Shown: positions 30,330 through 41,385 of the stretch, piece after piece | How positions within the stretch are numbered: the first letter of the stretch is position 1 | Layout of the letters: every line of letters begins with the position of its first letter | Assembly (NCBI GenBank): GCA_039586365.1 | Contig: JBDHKN010000004.1 | Coordinates: 1-64,000, forward strand | Direction: 5' to 3' | Length of the DNA stretch: 64,000 nt | Source: Gemmatimonadota bacterium | Lineage (GTDB): Bacteria; Gemmatimonadota; Gemmatimonadetes; Gemmatimonadales; GWC2-71-9 | Notes under the pieces: generated by a model | Database searches by the model: none | Told to the model about the DNA's origin: nothing | Seen by the model: only the letters and a program-made list of their open reading frames with translations | Made by a program: the position numbers and the translations under genes

Positions 30330-30740
30330 CTACTCTCCGCGGTACTCTACGTAGTTACGGGGCGTCTCCCACAGCACGAGCTTGCTCAACTGGCCCGGGA
30401 GACGTCCCTCCAGCAGATTCCAGATGACCACTACCATGTTCTCCGTCGTCGGGTTGAGGTCGCTGAACTCCGGCACGTCAAGGTTGAGGTTCTTGTGGTC
30501 GAGGTGTCTGACGACGAGCTGCTCCACTATGCGTTTCACATGACTGAGGTCTGCCACGTAGCCAGTAACCGGATCTATCTCACCCTCTACTGATACGTCC
30601 AGTTCGTAGTTGTGCCCGTGATAGTTGGGATTGCTGCAGGGCCCGAAGACGCGTTCGTTCTCTTCGTCCGACAAATCTTTGCAGCGTAGCCGGTGCGCTG
30701 CGTTGAAATGGACTCGGCGAGTCACCGTGACTGTAGGCAT
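30330..30740 (-). CDS. 6-pyruvoyl-tetrahydropterin synthase family protein (PTPS/QueD)
   Basis: FNAAHRL, CSNPNYHGHNY, LDHKNLN, PTTEN, LWET. Confidence 0.9.
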   Translation of the reverse strand: MPTVTVTRRVHFNAAHRLRCKDLSDEENERVFGPCSNPNYHGHNYELDVSVEGEIDPVTGYVADLSHVKRIVEQLVVRHLDHKNLNLDVPEFSDLNPTTENMVVVIWNLLEGRLPGQLSKLVLWETPRNYVEYRGE

Positions 30741-30847
30741 GCGGAAGTAGCTAATGGTGAGGTAGGTGGTGGTCAAGTAGGATGGACCGAATATTGCGCG
30801 TTGACCGTATCTTATTTTGTTGCTACGTTGGCACTTACGTCTCTTCT

Positions 30848-31855
30848 ATGAATGAATTCCAAACCATTCGCACGTGGCTCAGCGCCGTGTTGCTGCTCGG
30901 GGCGGCCGCTCCCGCCCCGGGCCAAGTCAGGGGCGTCGATTTGAGCTACGGTCGCTGGTGGAATGGCTCTGCAGCTGTGAGCTATTCTGCCGGGTACTTC
31001 AGCGAGCTGCTGGGGCCGCTGGCGTACGGCCTGGGGGTAACCCATCTCGCCGAGGGCTCCGCCACCGACGACCGCAGACGGACCGGAGGGGAGTTCTCCC
31101 TGGCTCTCTCGCGTGGCGGACCCGGGCCCTACGCGGTGGCCAGTGCTGGCCTTTCCATGGGTCACTCGAGCGGGAGAGTGGACGCCCAGTGGAGTGCCGG
31201 GGTTGGGTATTCGTTCAGTCCGTTGCGCTTTCTCTCTGTTGCGGTGGAATCGCGCTATCGGGTTGAGGACACGGCAGTGAGAGGCTTCTGGAGGTTGCAG
31301 CCCGACGACCGGCGTGGGGTCATGCTTCTGGCCAGAGTTACCGTCGGGGTGGGGAACCGGGAACCGGGACCGCGTACACTGCCTGCGGCTCCGGCCAGGG
31401 AGCTGAGGCCACCCAGTGACGCGGAGCTGATCGCTGCGGCCGGCGACGGGGAGTCGGATGGGACAGCGGCGAACCAGCGGGCTCTCGTGGTGCAGACCGC
31501 GCTCGACGCCATGGGAACACCGTACCGCTGGGGAGGAACGGACGGCAACGGGTTCGACTGCTCCGGTCTGATCCGATACGCCTATGGGGAGCACGGCTTG
31601 ATCTTGCCGCGCATCAGCCGCGATCAGGCCAGAACAGGGACGCAGGTCCAACGTAGCGTTAACGAACTGGTGCCGGGAGATATCCTCGGGTTCGGAGAGG
31701 GAGGCAGAATAACTCACGTTGGCCTGTATGTCGGTGACGGCAAGTTCCTTCACAGTTCGTCGGAAGGGGTCCGACTATCGAGCTTGACCGCCACCGCAGG
31801 CGACGGCACGTGGTGGCAGCGACGTTGGGTGAACGCGCGACGGGTAATCAACTGA
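30848..31855 (+). CDS. NlpC/P60 cell-wall peptidase with N-terminal beta-barrel-like domain
   Basis: GTPYRWGG, FDCSG, LPR.S..Q, HVGLY, FLHSS; signal peptide; amphipathic strands. Confidence 0.85.
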   Translation: MNEFQTIRTWLSAVLLLGAAAPAPGQVRGVDLSYGRWWNGSAAVSYSAGYFSELLGPLAYGLGVTHLAEGSATDDRRRTGGEFSLALSRGGPGPYAVASAGLSMGHSSGRVDAQWSAGVGYSFSPLRFLSVAVESRYRVEDTAVRGFWRLQPDDRRGVMLLARVTVGVGNREPGPRTLPAAPARELRPPSDAELIAAAGDGESDGTAANQRALVVQTALDAMGTPYRWGGTDGNGFDCSGLIRYAYGEHGLILPRISRDQARTGTQVQRSVNELVPGDILGFGEGGRITHVGLYVGDGKFLHSSSEGVRLSSLTATAGDGTWWQRRWVNARRVIN

Positions 31856-31981
31856 CGGAACTCCCTGTCGACCGCCCGGCGGATGGCAGCACCGCTCCCG
31901 TTCGAAGCCGCCTGTGAAACAGGCCTGTGAAATCCCACCGTCGGCTGTATTCCTGCCGAACAGACAAGGGAGCGAGTGCGC

Positions 31982-32190
31982 ATGGCCTGGATTCGGTGGA
32001 TGAGCGAGCCCGAGCGGGCGACTTTGTACTACGCGGTGAAGCTCACCAGGGTGCCCACTCCGGTCGGTGGGGACGATGTCACCCTGCTGCGAGCAGCAGG
32101 TCTGGCTGACTCGAGGCTCCCGACACCTGTCAGGCCGTAGCGAACGACAACTGCGTCAATCAAGGGCGCAGGGACTGCGGCTGGAGTTGC
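31982..32190 (+). pseudogene. Degenerate AhpD/CMD-family (peroxidase-related) gene remnant
   Basis: MAWIR joined to ERATLYYAVKLT...DDVTLLRAAGL, then frameshifted CQAVANDNCVNQ and AQGLRLEL. Confidence 0.6.
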
Positions 32191-32310
32191 GGCCCTACCG
32201 AGATCAGCCGGACCGACCGAATTGGCGACGGCTTGCACCACACCGGTGTCCTGGCGAACGGTTCAAGGTTCGACGGGTCACTGCTCGGTTTGGCCCCGGT
32301 TTCGGGTCGC

Positions 32311-32338
32311 TTGACAACGTACCTCCTGCGGCTATACT
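32311..32338 (+). promoter_or_regulatory. Sigma70-type promoter of groESL
   Basis: TTGACA-N16-TATACT. Confidence 0.75.
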
Positions 32339-32350
32339 TCTGTCCTGTAA

Positions 32351-32377
32351 TTAGCACTCACTGCCATTGAGTGCTAA
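32351..32377 (+). promoter_or_regulatory. CIRCE element (HrcA operator)
   Basis: Perfect TTAGCACTC-N9-GAGTGCTAA upstream of groES. Confidence 0.97.
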
Positions 32378-32434
32378 TGACGCTAACGTATGTTAAAACC
32401 AATCAATCACTTACGCTGATGGAGGGACAGGAAT

Positions 32435-32749
32435 ATGGCTCCTGCCGCCAAGAGCAAAGGGAAAACCAAGGTCCAGCCTCTGGCCGATCGAGTTGTGATC
32501 CGTCCGCTGGACGAGACGCAGGAGATGCGGGGCGGGCTGTATATCCCCGATACCGCAAAGGAGAAGCCACAGCAAGGGGAGGTCATCGCTGTCGGTCCAG
32601 GGAGGGTGGAAAAGGGTGAGCGGGTTCCAATGGAGCTGCAAGTCGGTGCCAAGGTTCTCTACGGGAAGTACAGCGGGACCGAAGTGACCATCGACGACGA
32701 CCAGTACCTCATCGTCAAGGAATCGGACGTCCTGGCCGTAATCGGCTGA
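32435..32749 (+). CDS. groES: Co-chaperonin GroES
   Basis: PLADRV, GGLYIPDTAKEKPQ, KYSGTEV. Confidence 0.98.
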   Translation: MAPAAKSKGKTKVQPLADRVVIRPLDETQEMRGGLYIPDTAKEKPQQGEVIAVGPGRVEKGERVPMELQVGAKVLYGKYSGTEVTIDDDQYLIVKESDVLAVIG

Positions 32750-32767
32750 TCGGGCGATTCGGAATAA

Positions 32768-34420
<1,653 letters not shown>

Positions 34421-34455
34421 CGCGCAGGTGCTAGTCGCACCCTAGGTGCGGATCA

Positions 34456-34493
34456 GGGCGCCTCGGGGAACTCCCCGAGGCGCCCGTTTCTTT
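34456..34493 (+). terminator. Intrinsic terminator after groEL
   Basis: GGGCGCCTCGGGG/CCCCGAGGCGCCC stem then GTTTCTTT. Confidence 0.8.
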
Positions 34494-34583
34494 GGGTTCC
34501 AGCAATCAGTCGTACTCCACCGTTACTCCTAGCTCTCTCTCCGAAGTATGGCGTCACGCGAACTGGGTTTATAAGTTCAAACC

Positions 34584-34994
34584 ATGAGGTTAGGTGAACT
34601 TGTGGTCGTCTTGTTGGTTTCGCTGGCGCCAGCGTGTCTGAGAGCCCAGTCTCCGACCGCTGACATATCCGGCACATGGGAGGCGGAGACTCCCGACGGT
34701 CCGCAGACCGTGATCGTCAGGTCTGATTCTTCCGCGAGTTTCGGCGAAGAGACGGTACGCTGGAGACTGCTGGCTGACACCATCTATATCGAGTTCGGTG
34801 ATGAGTGGGTGGGCTACAATTTCCTGCTACAAGGAGATCTGCTCACACTCTCGGGTGGAGACTTGGAGGAGCCGGTTACCTTGCAGCGCGTTGGGCCAGC
34901 GCTGCCCCAGGGTGGCGGCGGATCGACGGAGTTGGTGAGGAACCCAGGACAACTCCTCCACAGTGAACTCGGGCGGTCAGGACCCACACCCTGA
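34584..34994 (+). CDS. Secreted hypothetical protein (lipocalin-like beta-rich)
   Basis: Signal peptide, ISGTW motif, short beta-strand pattern. Confidence 0.6.
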   Translation: MRLGELVVVLLVSLAPACLRAQSPTADISGTWEAETPDGPQTVIVRSDSSASFGEETVRWRLLADTIYIEFGDEWVGYNFLLQGDLLTLSGGDLEEPVTLQRVGPALPQGGGGSTELVRNPGQLLHSELGRSGPTP

Positions 34995-35000
34995 ATCAAA

Positions 35001-37082
35001 GTGACCGATCCTGCTGACGGCACGTCAGGGCAGCGAACGGGCCGCGCTGCGCTGTCACGCGATCTATCCGATTTCCTGGTGGAATTGTCGATCGCGCTGC
35101 ACAAGCACGCCATGTATCCCGAGGGGCATCCGTCGTTGGCGCCAGCGGCCGATCGGGTCCTCCAGCGCCTTGATCCGCTATTGGTCGAGCGTGGCAGCCT
35201 GTCGCTGGGAGTGGCCCGCGATCAGCTGGTGATCGAGGGGGTGGCAACTGATTCGAAGAACCCTGTCCTGGCAGATCTTGCGGGTCGTCTCCATCGCCAT
35301 CACCTCGGCGCGATAACGTTCCGCCGTGGGGTCGATCCCATACAGTTGCACGACGTGCTCACGACGGTTGCAGAAGAAGCCGACAGGACCCACCGGCCCT
35401 TGGGTTTGAGGACTGCGTCGGACCTCAACCGATGGTCTGGTATCACGCTTCACCCAGTCAGCTATGATTCGCTGGAGTTGCTGGAGGAGGCACCGGACGG
35501 TGAGCAAGATGCAGTATCCCGCGAGGCCAGGTCGCAGGCGGCGGCATTGTGGGTGGGGCTGGCGCGGGCCGCCATGGCGACAGAGGAGGCCGACGAAAAC
35601 GAGCCGTTGCCGAACGCTGAACCGGCGGTGGTGGCAAAGGCGATTGACGAACGTGGTGGAGACACCGCCTACGATCAGGTGATCGTCGGGTACTTGCTCA
35701 AGATCGCGGATGAGCTGCGCACCAGTAGGGGCAACGAAGCGATCGCACTCAGGAACCGAATGTCCAAACTCGTATCCCAATTGGATAAGGGGACTGTCGG
35801 GCGCTTGCTGCAGATGGGTGGGGACCGAGCCCAACGTAGACGGTTCATTCTCAATGCCTCAGAAGGTATGGCGGTGGATGCGGTACTTGAGTTGGTAAAG
35901 GCGGCAGGTGACGAGGAGCAGACGGTCTCTCACTCGATGCTGCGCATGCTTCAGAAGTTGGCGCAGCATGCGGAGACGGGTGTCGGTGAGCGTGGGATCC
36001 TAGCCGATTCCGCGATGCGAGAGCAGGTCGTCGACTTGATCAAGGGCTGGTCACTCAAGGACCCGAATCCCGACGGGTACGGTCTGGCCCTGCAGCAGGC
36101 GTCATCGACGGGTCCCATATTCTCCGTCGCACCGCAAGCAAAGTTCGCTCCGGAGCCTCGTCGTATGTTTGAGATGGCACTTGAGGTGGACGAAATCGGT
36201 GAGGCGGTCAAACGCGCGGTCGATGACTTGGTCGAGAGTGGCAATCTCAGGATGGTGGTGACGGTCCTCCATGAGTCGCGAGCGACCAAGGTGCCAGACG
36301 TTCTGTGGGAGCATCTCGGTACCAAAGAGCGGCTGGAGTGGATCCTCGCTGCGGAGCCCATCGATGTCGAGGTGTTGGACCGGGTCCTCCTGAGAGTTGG
36401 GAGCGATGCCGTCGAGCCAATGCTAGACACCCTGAGAGAGTCTGATTCTACCCAGACTCGTCGTGTCGTGATAGATCGCCTTGCCCGATATGGTATGGAG
36501 CTCGCTCCTGCGATCCTGGCCCGGCTGAACGATCCCCGGTGGTACGTGCAGCGCAACATGCTGGCTCTTCTGGCACAACTGCCTGAGGTCCCTGCTGACT
36601 TCAAAGCGGCTGAATTCCTTCAACACAAGGACGCGCGCGTGCGGCGCCACGTAGTCGAGCTGGCCCTCAGGATGCCAACCACGTACGAACGAGCTGTGTG
36701 TGCGGCGCTGGCCGATTCGGACATCAGAATCGTCCGGATGGGGCTCGTGGCCGCGCTGCAAGACTGTCCCGAAGCGGCACTGCCGATAGTCGTTCAAAGA
36801 GCGCTTGGCGGTGACATGGAAGAGCTGCGGCTTGCCGCGATCCGAGTTCTCGGAAAATCCAGCCGTAGGTCGGCGATTGATACACTGATTCGCATGGTGG
36901 CACCGCGCCGCAAGCTGTTGCGGTGGAGCCTACCGGCGAAGAGCAAGGTCTTCCTCGCGGCGCTGAGAGCATTGCGACCCCACGGTCGGGACCCTCGCGT
37001 GAAACAGGTGCTGGACATTGCCATGCGGACCGGTGATGCTGACGTGGTGCAGGCTGCTTCCGGTGCCGAGGAGCAGGACTAG
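35001..37082 (+). CDS. HEAT-repeat protein with N-terminal YPEGH domain
   Basis: LNDPRWYVQRN, HKDARVRR, ADSDIRIVR, ELRLAAIRVLG repeats. Confidence 0.8.
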   Translation: MTDPADGTSGQRTGRAALSRDLSDFLVELSIALHKHAMYPEGHPSLAPAADRVLQRLDPLLVERGSLSLGVARDQLVIEGVATDSKNPVLADLAGRLHRHHLGAITFRRGVDPIQLHDVLTTVAEEADRTHRPLGLRTASDLNRWSGITLHPVSYDSLELLEEAPDGEQDAVSREARSQAAALWVGLARAAMATEEADENEPLPNAEPAVVAKAIDERGGDTAYDQVIVGYLLKIADELRTSRGNEAIALRNRMSKLVSQLDKGTVGRLLQMGGDRAQRRRFILNASEGMAVDAVLELVKAAGDEEQTVSHSMLRMLQKLAQHAETGVGERGILADSAMREQVVDLIKGWSLKDPNPDGYGLALQQASSTGPIFSVAPQAKFAPEPRRMFEMALEVDEIGEAVKRAVDDLVESGNLRMVVTVLHESRATKVPDVLWEHLGTKERLEWILAAEPIDVEVLDRVLLRVGSDAVEPMLDTLRESDSTQTRRVVIDRLARYGMELAPAILARLNDPRWYVQRNMLALLAQLPEVPADFKAAEFLQHKDARVRRHVVELALRMPTTYERAVCAALADSDIRIVRMGLVAALQDCPEAALPIVVQRALGGDMEELRLAAIRVLGKSSRRSAIDTLIRMVAPRRKLLRWSLPAKSKVFLAALRALRPHGRDPRVKQVLDIAMRTGDADVVQAASGAEEQD

Positions 37083-38252
37083 TTGAGTAATCCGGCCGAT
37101 TTCCTCAAGTCTCTAGCCCAGACATTGGCCGCCATGTCGTTGTATCCCGAGGGACATACCTCGCGGGAAAGAGCCCTGGACTCTGCCTACGAGAAGCTGG
37201 TGGATCTCCTCAGCGCGGATGGGAATCCGGTCTACTCGTTCATCGGGGAAGAAGTTGTGTACCGTGACATCCCCATCCGGGAGATGCGGAACTGGGAATG
37301 GGCCACGCGCTTGTCCGGAATCGGGGTGCAGCGCCTTGAGTTCGATCGCACCGCCACTCGAGAACAACTCGAGGAGTTTCTGGACGAAGCGCTGAAACGC
37401 ATCACACTCCGACCTGTCGACACCTCAGAAGCCCGGCAAATGCGCCCCTCCGGGATCAAATGGGGTGAAATCGGCATCCGTGGAGAAGACGGTTCGCGGA
37501 TCCGGGAAGTGGAGACGGCCACTTTATCGTTCACTCTTGGCGATGAAGCAGAGACGATCCGCTGGCTTCATGAGGAGGTGACGTCAGGGGGAGACCTGCC
37601 GCTCCTGGAGGCCGAGGCGGTTGTGCGCGGGTTATCGGTGGCGATGCACGGGGACCGCAGGATCCTCCTACCGTTGCTCAAGCTGCGGAGCTTCGACGAG
37701 TACACCACCACCCACTCGCTGAATGTGTCTGTGCTCACGATGGCGCTGGCAGAGTGGCTGGAACTGGGTGCCGCAGACGTTCGGGCCTTCGGTGTGGCGG
37801 GTTTGTTACATGATCTCGGTAAAGTCAAAGTGCCCCTCGAGATCCTGAACAAGAGCGGTAGGTTGGATGAGCAAGAACGCGCCGTCATGAACTCCCACCC
37901 GGCAGAAGGAGCGCGGCTGATCATTGCGTCCGAGCCCGACCTCGACATGGCGGCGGTGGTCGCATACGAGCACCACATCATGCTCAACGGCGGTGGGTAC
38001 CCCAAGTTCTCCTACGCTCGTGACTGCCACAGAGCGAGCAAGCTTGTGCATGTGTGCGATGTATACGACGCGCTCAGAACCGACCGACCGTATCGCGATG
38101 CATGGCCTGCGGACAAGGTACTGGCATATCTGGAAGAGCGCTCTGGGATAGAGTTTGATGGCAGTATAGCACACGCCTTCACGCGCATGATGCGCGATTG
38201 GGAACCGCAGCTCACCACGCTAACTGAGGACGAGGCGCTACCGGCGGCCTAG
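37083..38252 (+). CDS. HD-GYP domain protein (putative cyclic-dinucleotide phosphodiesterase)
   Basis: DEYTTTHS, LLHDLGK, HP..G, EHH....GGGYP, DVYDAL..DRPYR. Confidence 0.9.
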   Translation: MSNPADFLKSLAQTLAAMSLYPEGHTSRERALDSAYEKLVDLLSADGNPVYSFIGEEVVYRDIPIREMRNWEWATRLSGIGVQRLEFDRTATREQLEEFLDEALKRITLRPVDTSEARQMRPSGIKWGEIGIRGEDGSRIREVETATLSFTLGDEAETIRWLHEEVTSGGDLPLLEAEAVVRGLSVAMHGDRRILLPLLKLRSFDEYTTTHSLNVSVLTMALAEWLELGAADVRAFGVAGLLHDLGKVKVPLEILNKSGRLDEQERAVMNSHPAEGARLIIASEPDLDMAAVVAYEHHIMLNGGGYPKFSYARDCHRASKLVHVCDVYDALRTDRPYRDAWPADKVLAYLEERSGIEFDGSIAHAFTRMMRDWEPQLTTLTEDEALPAA

Positions 38253-39061
38253 GCGAAGCCAGGGAGAAACGGCTGGCTGCCCGATCCCACTACCTCGAAT
38301 GCCGGCAGCGGGTCACGCTGAGCGGCAATCAGCAGCTCACCGCGAAAGTCACGCTCAGCGAGCACCCGGGCCACGGTTTCGTGGGCGATGTCGGGCCGGT
38401 TGCACTTGTCGCTGAGGTGAACCAGGACCACGGTGCCGAGCCCCCTGTGGCATAGGTCCTCCAACAACTGCGCTGCGGCGCGGTTGGATAGATGGCCACT
38501 TGATCCCGAGATTCGCTCCCTGACCGAAGGCGGGTAGGGTCCGGTCCGAAGCATCGCGTCATCGTGGTTGGCCTCAACGATGAGGCAGTTGCAGTCCCGC
38601 AGTAAGTGCCGTACTCCGGGCGAAGCCCGACCGATGTCGTAGGCCAGTCCCAGCTTGGTTCCCGTGGTTGGGTTCTCAACGGTGATGGCGACCGGCTCAG
38701 CCGCGTCATGGTTGGTGCGGCAGGTCCTAACGGTGAAGGGGCCAATGGAGACTGCACGCAGCGGTTCCAGTGGAACGGTCTCGATTGCTTCCAGTGCTCG
38801 CGTCATGGCCGCGAGGGTGCCAGCCGATGCGTAGACGGGGCATTCGAGCTGCTGTGCCAAGCGTGATGCGGCTCGGGTGTGGTCCCCGTGCTCGTGAGTG
38901 AGCACGATCCCAACCGCAGAGTCGAAGCCGATGCCTACCTGTGCTGCACGATGCACCAGGGTTCGAGGGCTGAATCCCGCGTCAAGCACCAAGGTTGCCC
39001 TGTGGGATTCGATAGCTATGCAGTTGCCCTGGCTGCCAGAACCCAGGACCCCCACTCTCAT
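38249..39061 (-). CDS. MBL-fold metallo-hydrolase (YycJ/PhnP-like)
   Basis: LGSGSQGN, THEHGDH, HDA, EANHD, GHLSN, HLS..CN. Confidence 0.88.
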   Translation of the reverse strand: MRVGVLGSGSQGNCIAIESHRATLVLDAGFSPRTLVHRAAQVGIGFDSAVGIVLTHEHGDHTRAASRLAQQLECPVYASAGTLAAMTRALEAIETVPLEPLRAVSIGPFTVRTCRTNHDAAEPVAITVENPTTGTKLGLAYDIGRASPGVRHLLRDCNCLIVEANHDDAMLRTGPYPPSVRERISGSSGHLSNRAAAQLLEDLCHRGLGTVVLVHLSDKCNRPDIAHETVARVLAERDFRGELLIAAQRDPLPAFEVVGSGSQPFLPGFA

Positions 39062-40227
39062 GGCTTTACGGAGTGATCGTAGATAGTCTCGAGCAGGTCG
39101 CGTACTGAGTCGGTGAATTCCACCTGGCGGCGTGGCATGACACGCGCCACGGTTTTCAGAAATCCTGCGCGGTCCATCAACCCACCACCCGCTCCCCATG
39201 CAAACGGCGGCACATACTTGGGCGCCGAGCTGTAGTCAAACACGTTGGCTCCAACCCCGACCGCCGCTCCCGTGGAAAGCATCGAGCCGATCGCTGTCTT
39301 GCAGTGGTCGCCGAACAGGGTTCCGAGAAACTGCCTGCCCGTATCGATCGCTGTCCCAGCGACGTCGAGCCGGATCACCCCGTAGGTGTTCTTGAGATTG
39401 GATGTTGTTGTGCCCGCACCTAGGTTTACCCAACGTCCCAAGACGGAATGGCCCACGAATCCATCGTGGGACTTGTTGGAGTATCCCACAATCGTCGAGC
39501 TGACGATCTCTCCTCGCACTCGGCAACGTGGGCCAATGCTGCACTCGCGCACCGTCCCGCCCAATATCTCCGATCCCGGTCCGACGTACAGTGGGCCCTC
39601 GAGTCGCGTGCCCGACCTCACGTAGCTGTGTTGCTCCAGCACCACCACACCGCCACGCACATCGAACACGGTGCCCGGCTCGACGGCAGCCCCGAGTATG
39701 ACGACGTCGTCCGGATCGCCGATGACGACGCTACCCTGAGGGAGTGGATCGCTGGTTTCATTGGTGAAGTCCAGCGTATCTGGTGCGAGTAGGTGCTCCA
39801 AAGCCGTTACCAGATCGTAGCAACCATGCAACAGTACTCCTTCACATGCGATTTCGTCCCACTCAACTTTTTGGCCCTCCCACGTCGTACCCTGTGGGGC
39901 CCACCAGCCCACAGTCGCATTGTCGTTGACCAACCGGGCCGGATTTTCTGGGAGGTCCAGTCTCACTCCTGACGGGGCGAAATCCGACCGTCCCACGATC
40001 ACGGGGCCAGCGGTTGGTTGCTGGGATACCACCTGCGGCACTCCCTCTTCGACAAATGAAGTGAGGTGGGGCGGCCCGAAAATCGCCCGTGTCTCACCAT
40101 CGGCTGCAGCTTCCCACCGTTCTCTTATCAGCCAGGCGCCTGCCCTCAGCTCGCAGATCGGGCGACAGTCGGCGAAGGGGAACCATGCCGGTGAGAGTTC
40201 GGGCTCCAACAAAAGTATCTCGGTCAT
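39058..40227 (-). CDS. GlmU-like putative sugar nucleotidyltransferase/hexapeptide-repeat protein
   Basis: RPICELRAG, NKSHDGFVGHS.LG.WVNLGAGTTTSNLKNTY. Confidence 0.8.
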   Translation of the reverse strand: MTEILLLEPELSPAWFPFADCRPICELRAGAWLIRERWEAAADGETRAIFGPPHLTSFVEEGVPQVVSQQPTAGPVIVGRSDFAPSGVRLDLPENPARLVNDNATVGWWAPQGTTWEGQKVEWDEIACEGVLLHGCYDLVTALEHLLAPDTLDFTNETSDPLPQGSVVIGDPDDVVILGAAVEPGTVFDVRGGVVVLEQHSYVRSGTRLEGPLYVGPGSEILGGTVRECSIGPRCRVRGEIVSSTIVGYSNKSHDGFVGHSVLGRWVNLGAGTTTSNLKNTYGVIRLDVAGTAIDTGRQFLGTLFGDHCKTAIGSMLSTGAAVGVGANVFDYSSAPKYVPPFAWGAGGGLMDRAGFLKTVARVMPRRQVEFTDSVRDLLETIYDHSVKP

Positions 40228-41261
40228 TGCTGTGGCTTGCGTATGTTGTCGGGGAGATCAGCCAAGAGAGCTTTCAGTTCCCCCGACCGATCGAGCGTCG
40301 TGACTAGTGTGATCCCGTTGGCTTGGACAACCACAATGTCGTGCACTCCGTCTACGACGATCGCTCCGGCACCACCCCACACAACACAATCCCGTGACTG
40401 CCGTGCGAACGTCCGGCCCACCAGCACATTACCCGCAGCGTCCGCGGTGCGTACTCGCTTCAAGGCCGCCCACGTGCCGACGTCGTCCCACGGGAAGCGA
40501 CCTGCGACGCAAGCGATTCGCCTACTGCGCTCGAAGTGTGACACGTCCACCGCGACGGCCGTCACGGCCGTGAAGAAACCGGCGACATCGTTGCGATCCA
40601 GCAGCGGCAGGTGGGGAGCGATTTCAGGCGCGACGGCCGCTGTCTCAGCAAAGAACCGCTGTGCCGTCCAGGCGAACAGACCGCTGTTCCAGAGCGCACC
40701 GGATCCTATCAGGTCCGCGGCGAGTTGCGCGTCGGGTTTCTCGAGGAACTTGTCAACGGTGGTGGCGTCGTCATCCAGAGGGGGGCCCGGCTGGATGTAG
40801 CCGTACCCCGTGTCGGGCCGGGTGGGTTGGATGCCAACTGTGACCAACATGTCGTGGCGCTCCGCCACGTCCAGGGCGCGTGATGCGGTCTCGCGAAACA
40901 GGATGTCGTCGCCGACAAACCAATCAGCGTGGAGCGACAACACAGTTGCGGCAGAATCCCTGTCAGACGCAACCCGAGTCGCCCACGTGAGGGCCGGGGC
41001 AGTAGATGCCGGTTTGGGCTCTCCCAGAATGTTCTCCCGAGGCAAGGTAGGGAGGAGGCGACTGGTCTCGTCCACGAGCGACGCTGCGGTCACCACCAGC
41101 GTGCGTTCGGGACGCACCAGGCCAGCCAGCCTGTTGGCTGCTTGAACCAGAAGTGGTACATCGCCCGCCAAGGCCAGCATCTGTTTTGGCTTGACCGCCG
41201 TCGATAACGGCCAGAAGCGGGTACCAGATCCGCCGGCCAACAGCGCAGCCCACCGGCTCAT
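40224..41261 (-). CDS. manC: Mannose-1-phosphate guanylyltransferase
   Basis: LAGGSGTRFWPLS...PKQ, TGYGYI, FLEKPD, WNSG, WDDVG. Confidence 0.9.
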   Translation of the reverse strand: MSRWAALLAGGSGTRFWPLSTAVKPKQMLALAGDVPLLVQAANRLAGLVRPERTLVVTAASLVDETSRLLPTLPRENILGEPKPASTAPALTWATRVASDRDSAATVLSLHADWFVGDDILFRETASRALDVAERHDMLVTVGIQPTRPDTGYGYIQPGPPLDDDATTVDKFLEKPDAQLAADLIGSGALWNSGLFAWTAQRFFAETAAVAPEIAPHLPLLDRNDVAGFFTAVTAVAVDVSHFERSRRIACVAGRFPWDDVGTWAALKRVRTADAAGNVLVGRTFARQSRDCVVWGGAGAIVVDGVHDIVVVQANGITLVTTLDRSGELKALLADLPDNIRKPQQ

Positions 41262-41385
41262 GGTGAGTCCAGCATTACGCGCTGTATATCGTTGTTCACA
41301 GGCGTTCTGTGTGGGCCACTGGGGTTTTGTGCTGCTGGCGACAGTGGACTACCAGGCGCACTGGCGGTGTCGGGGGTCCGCGCTT

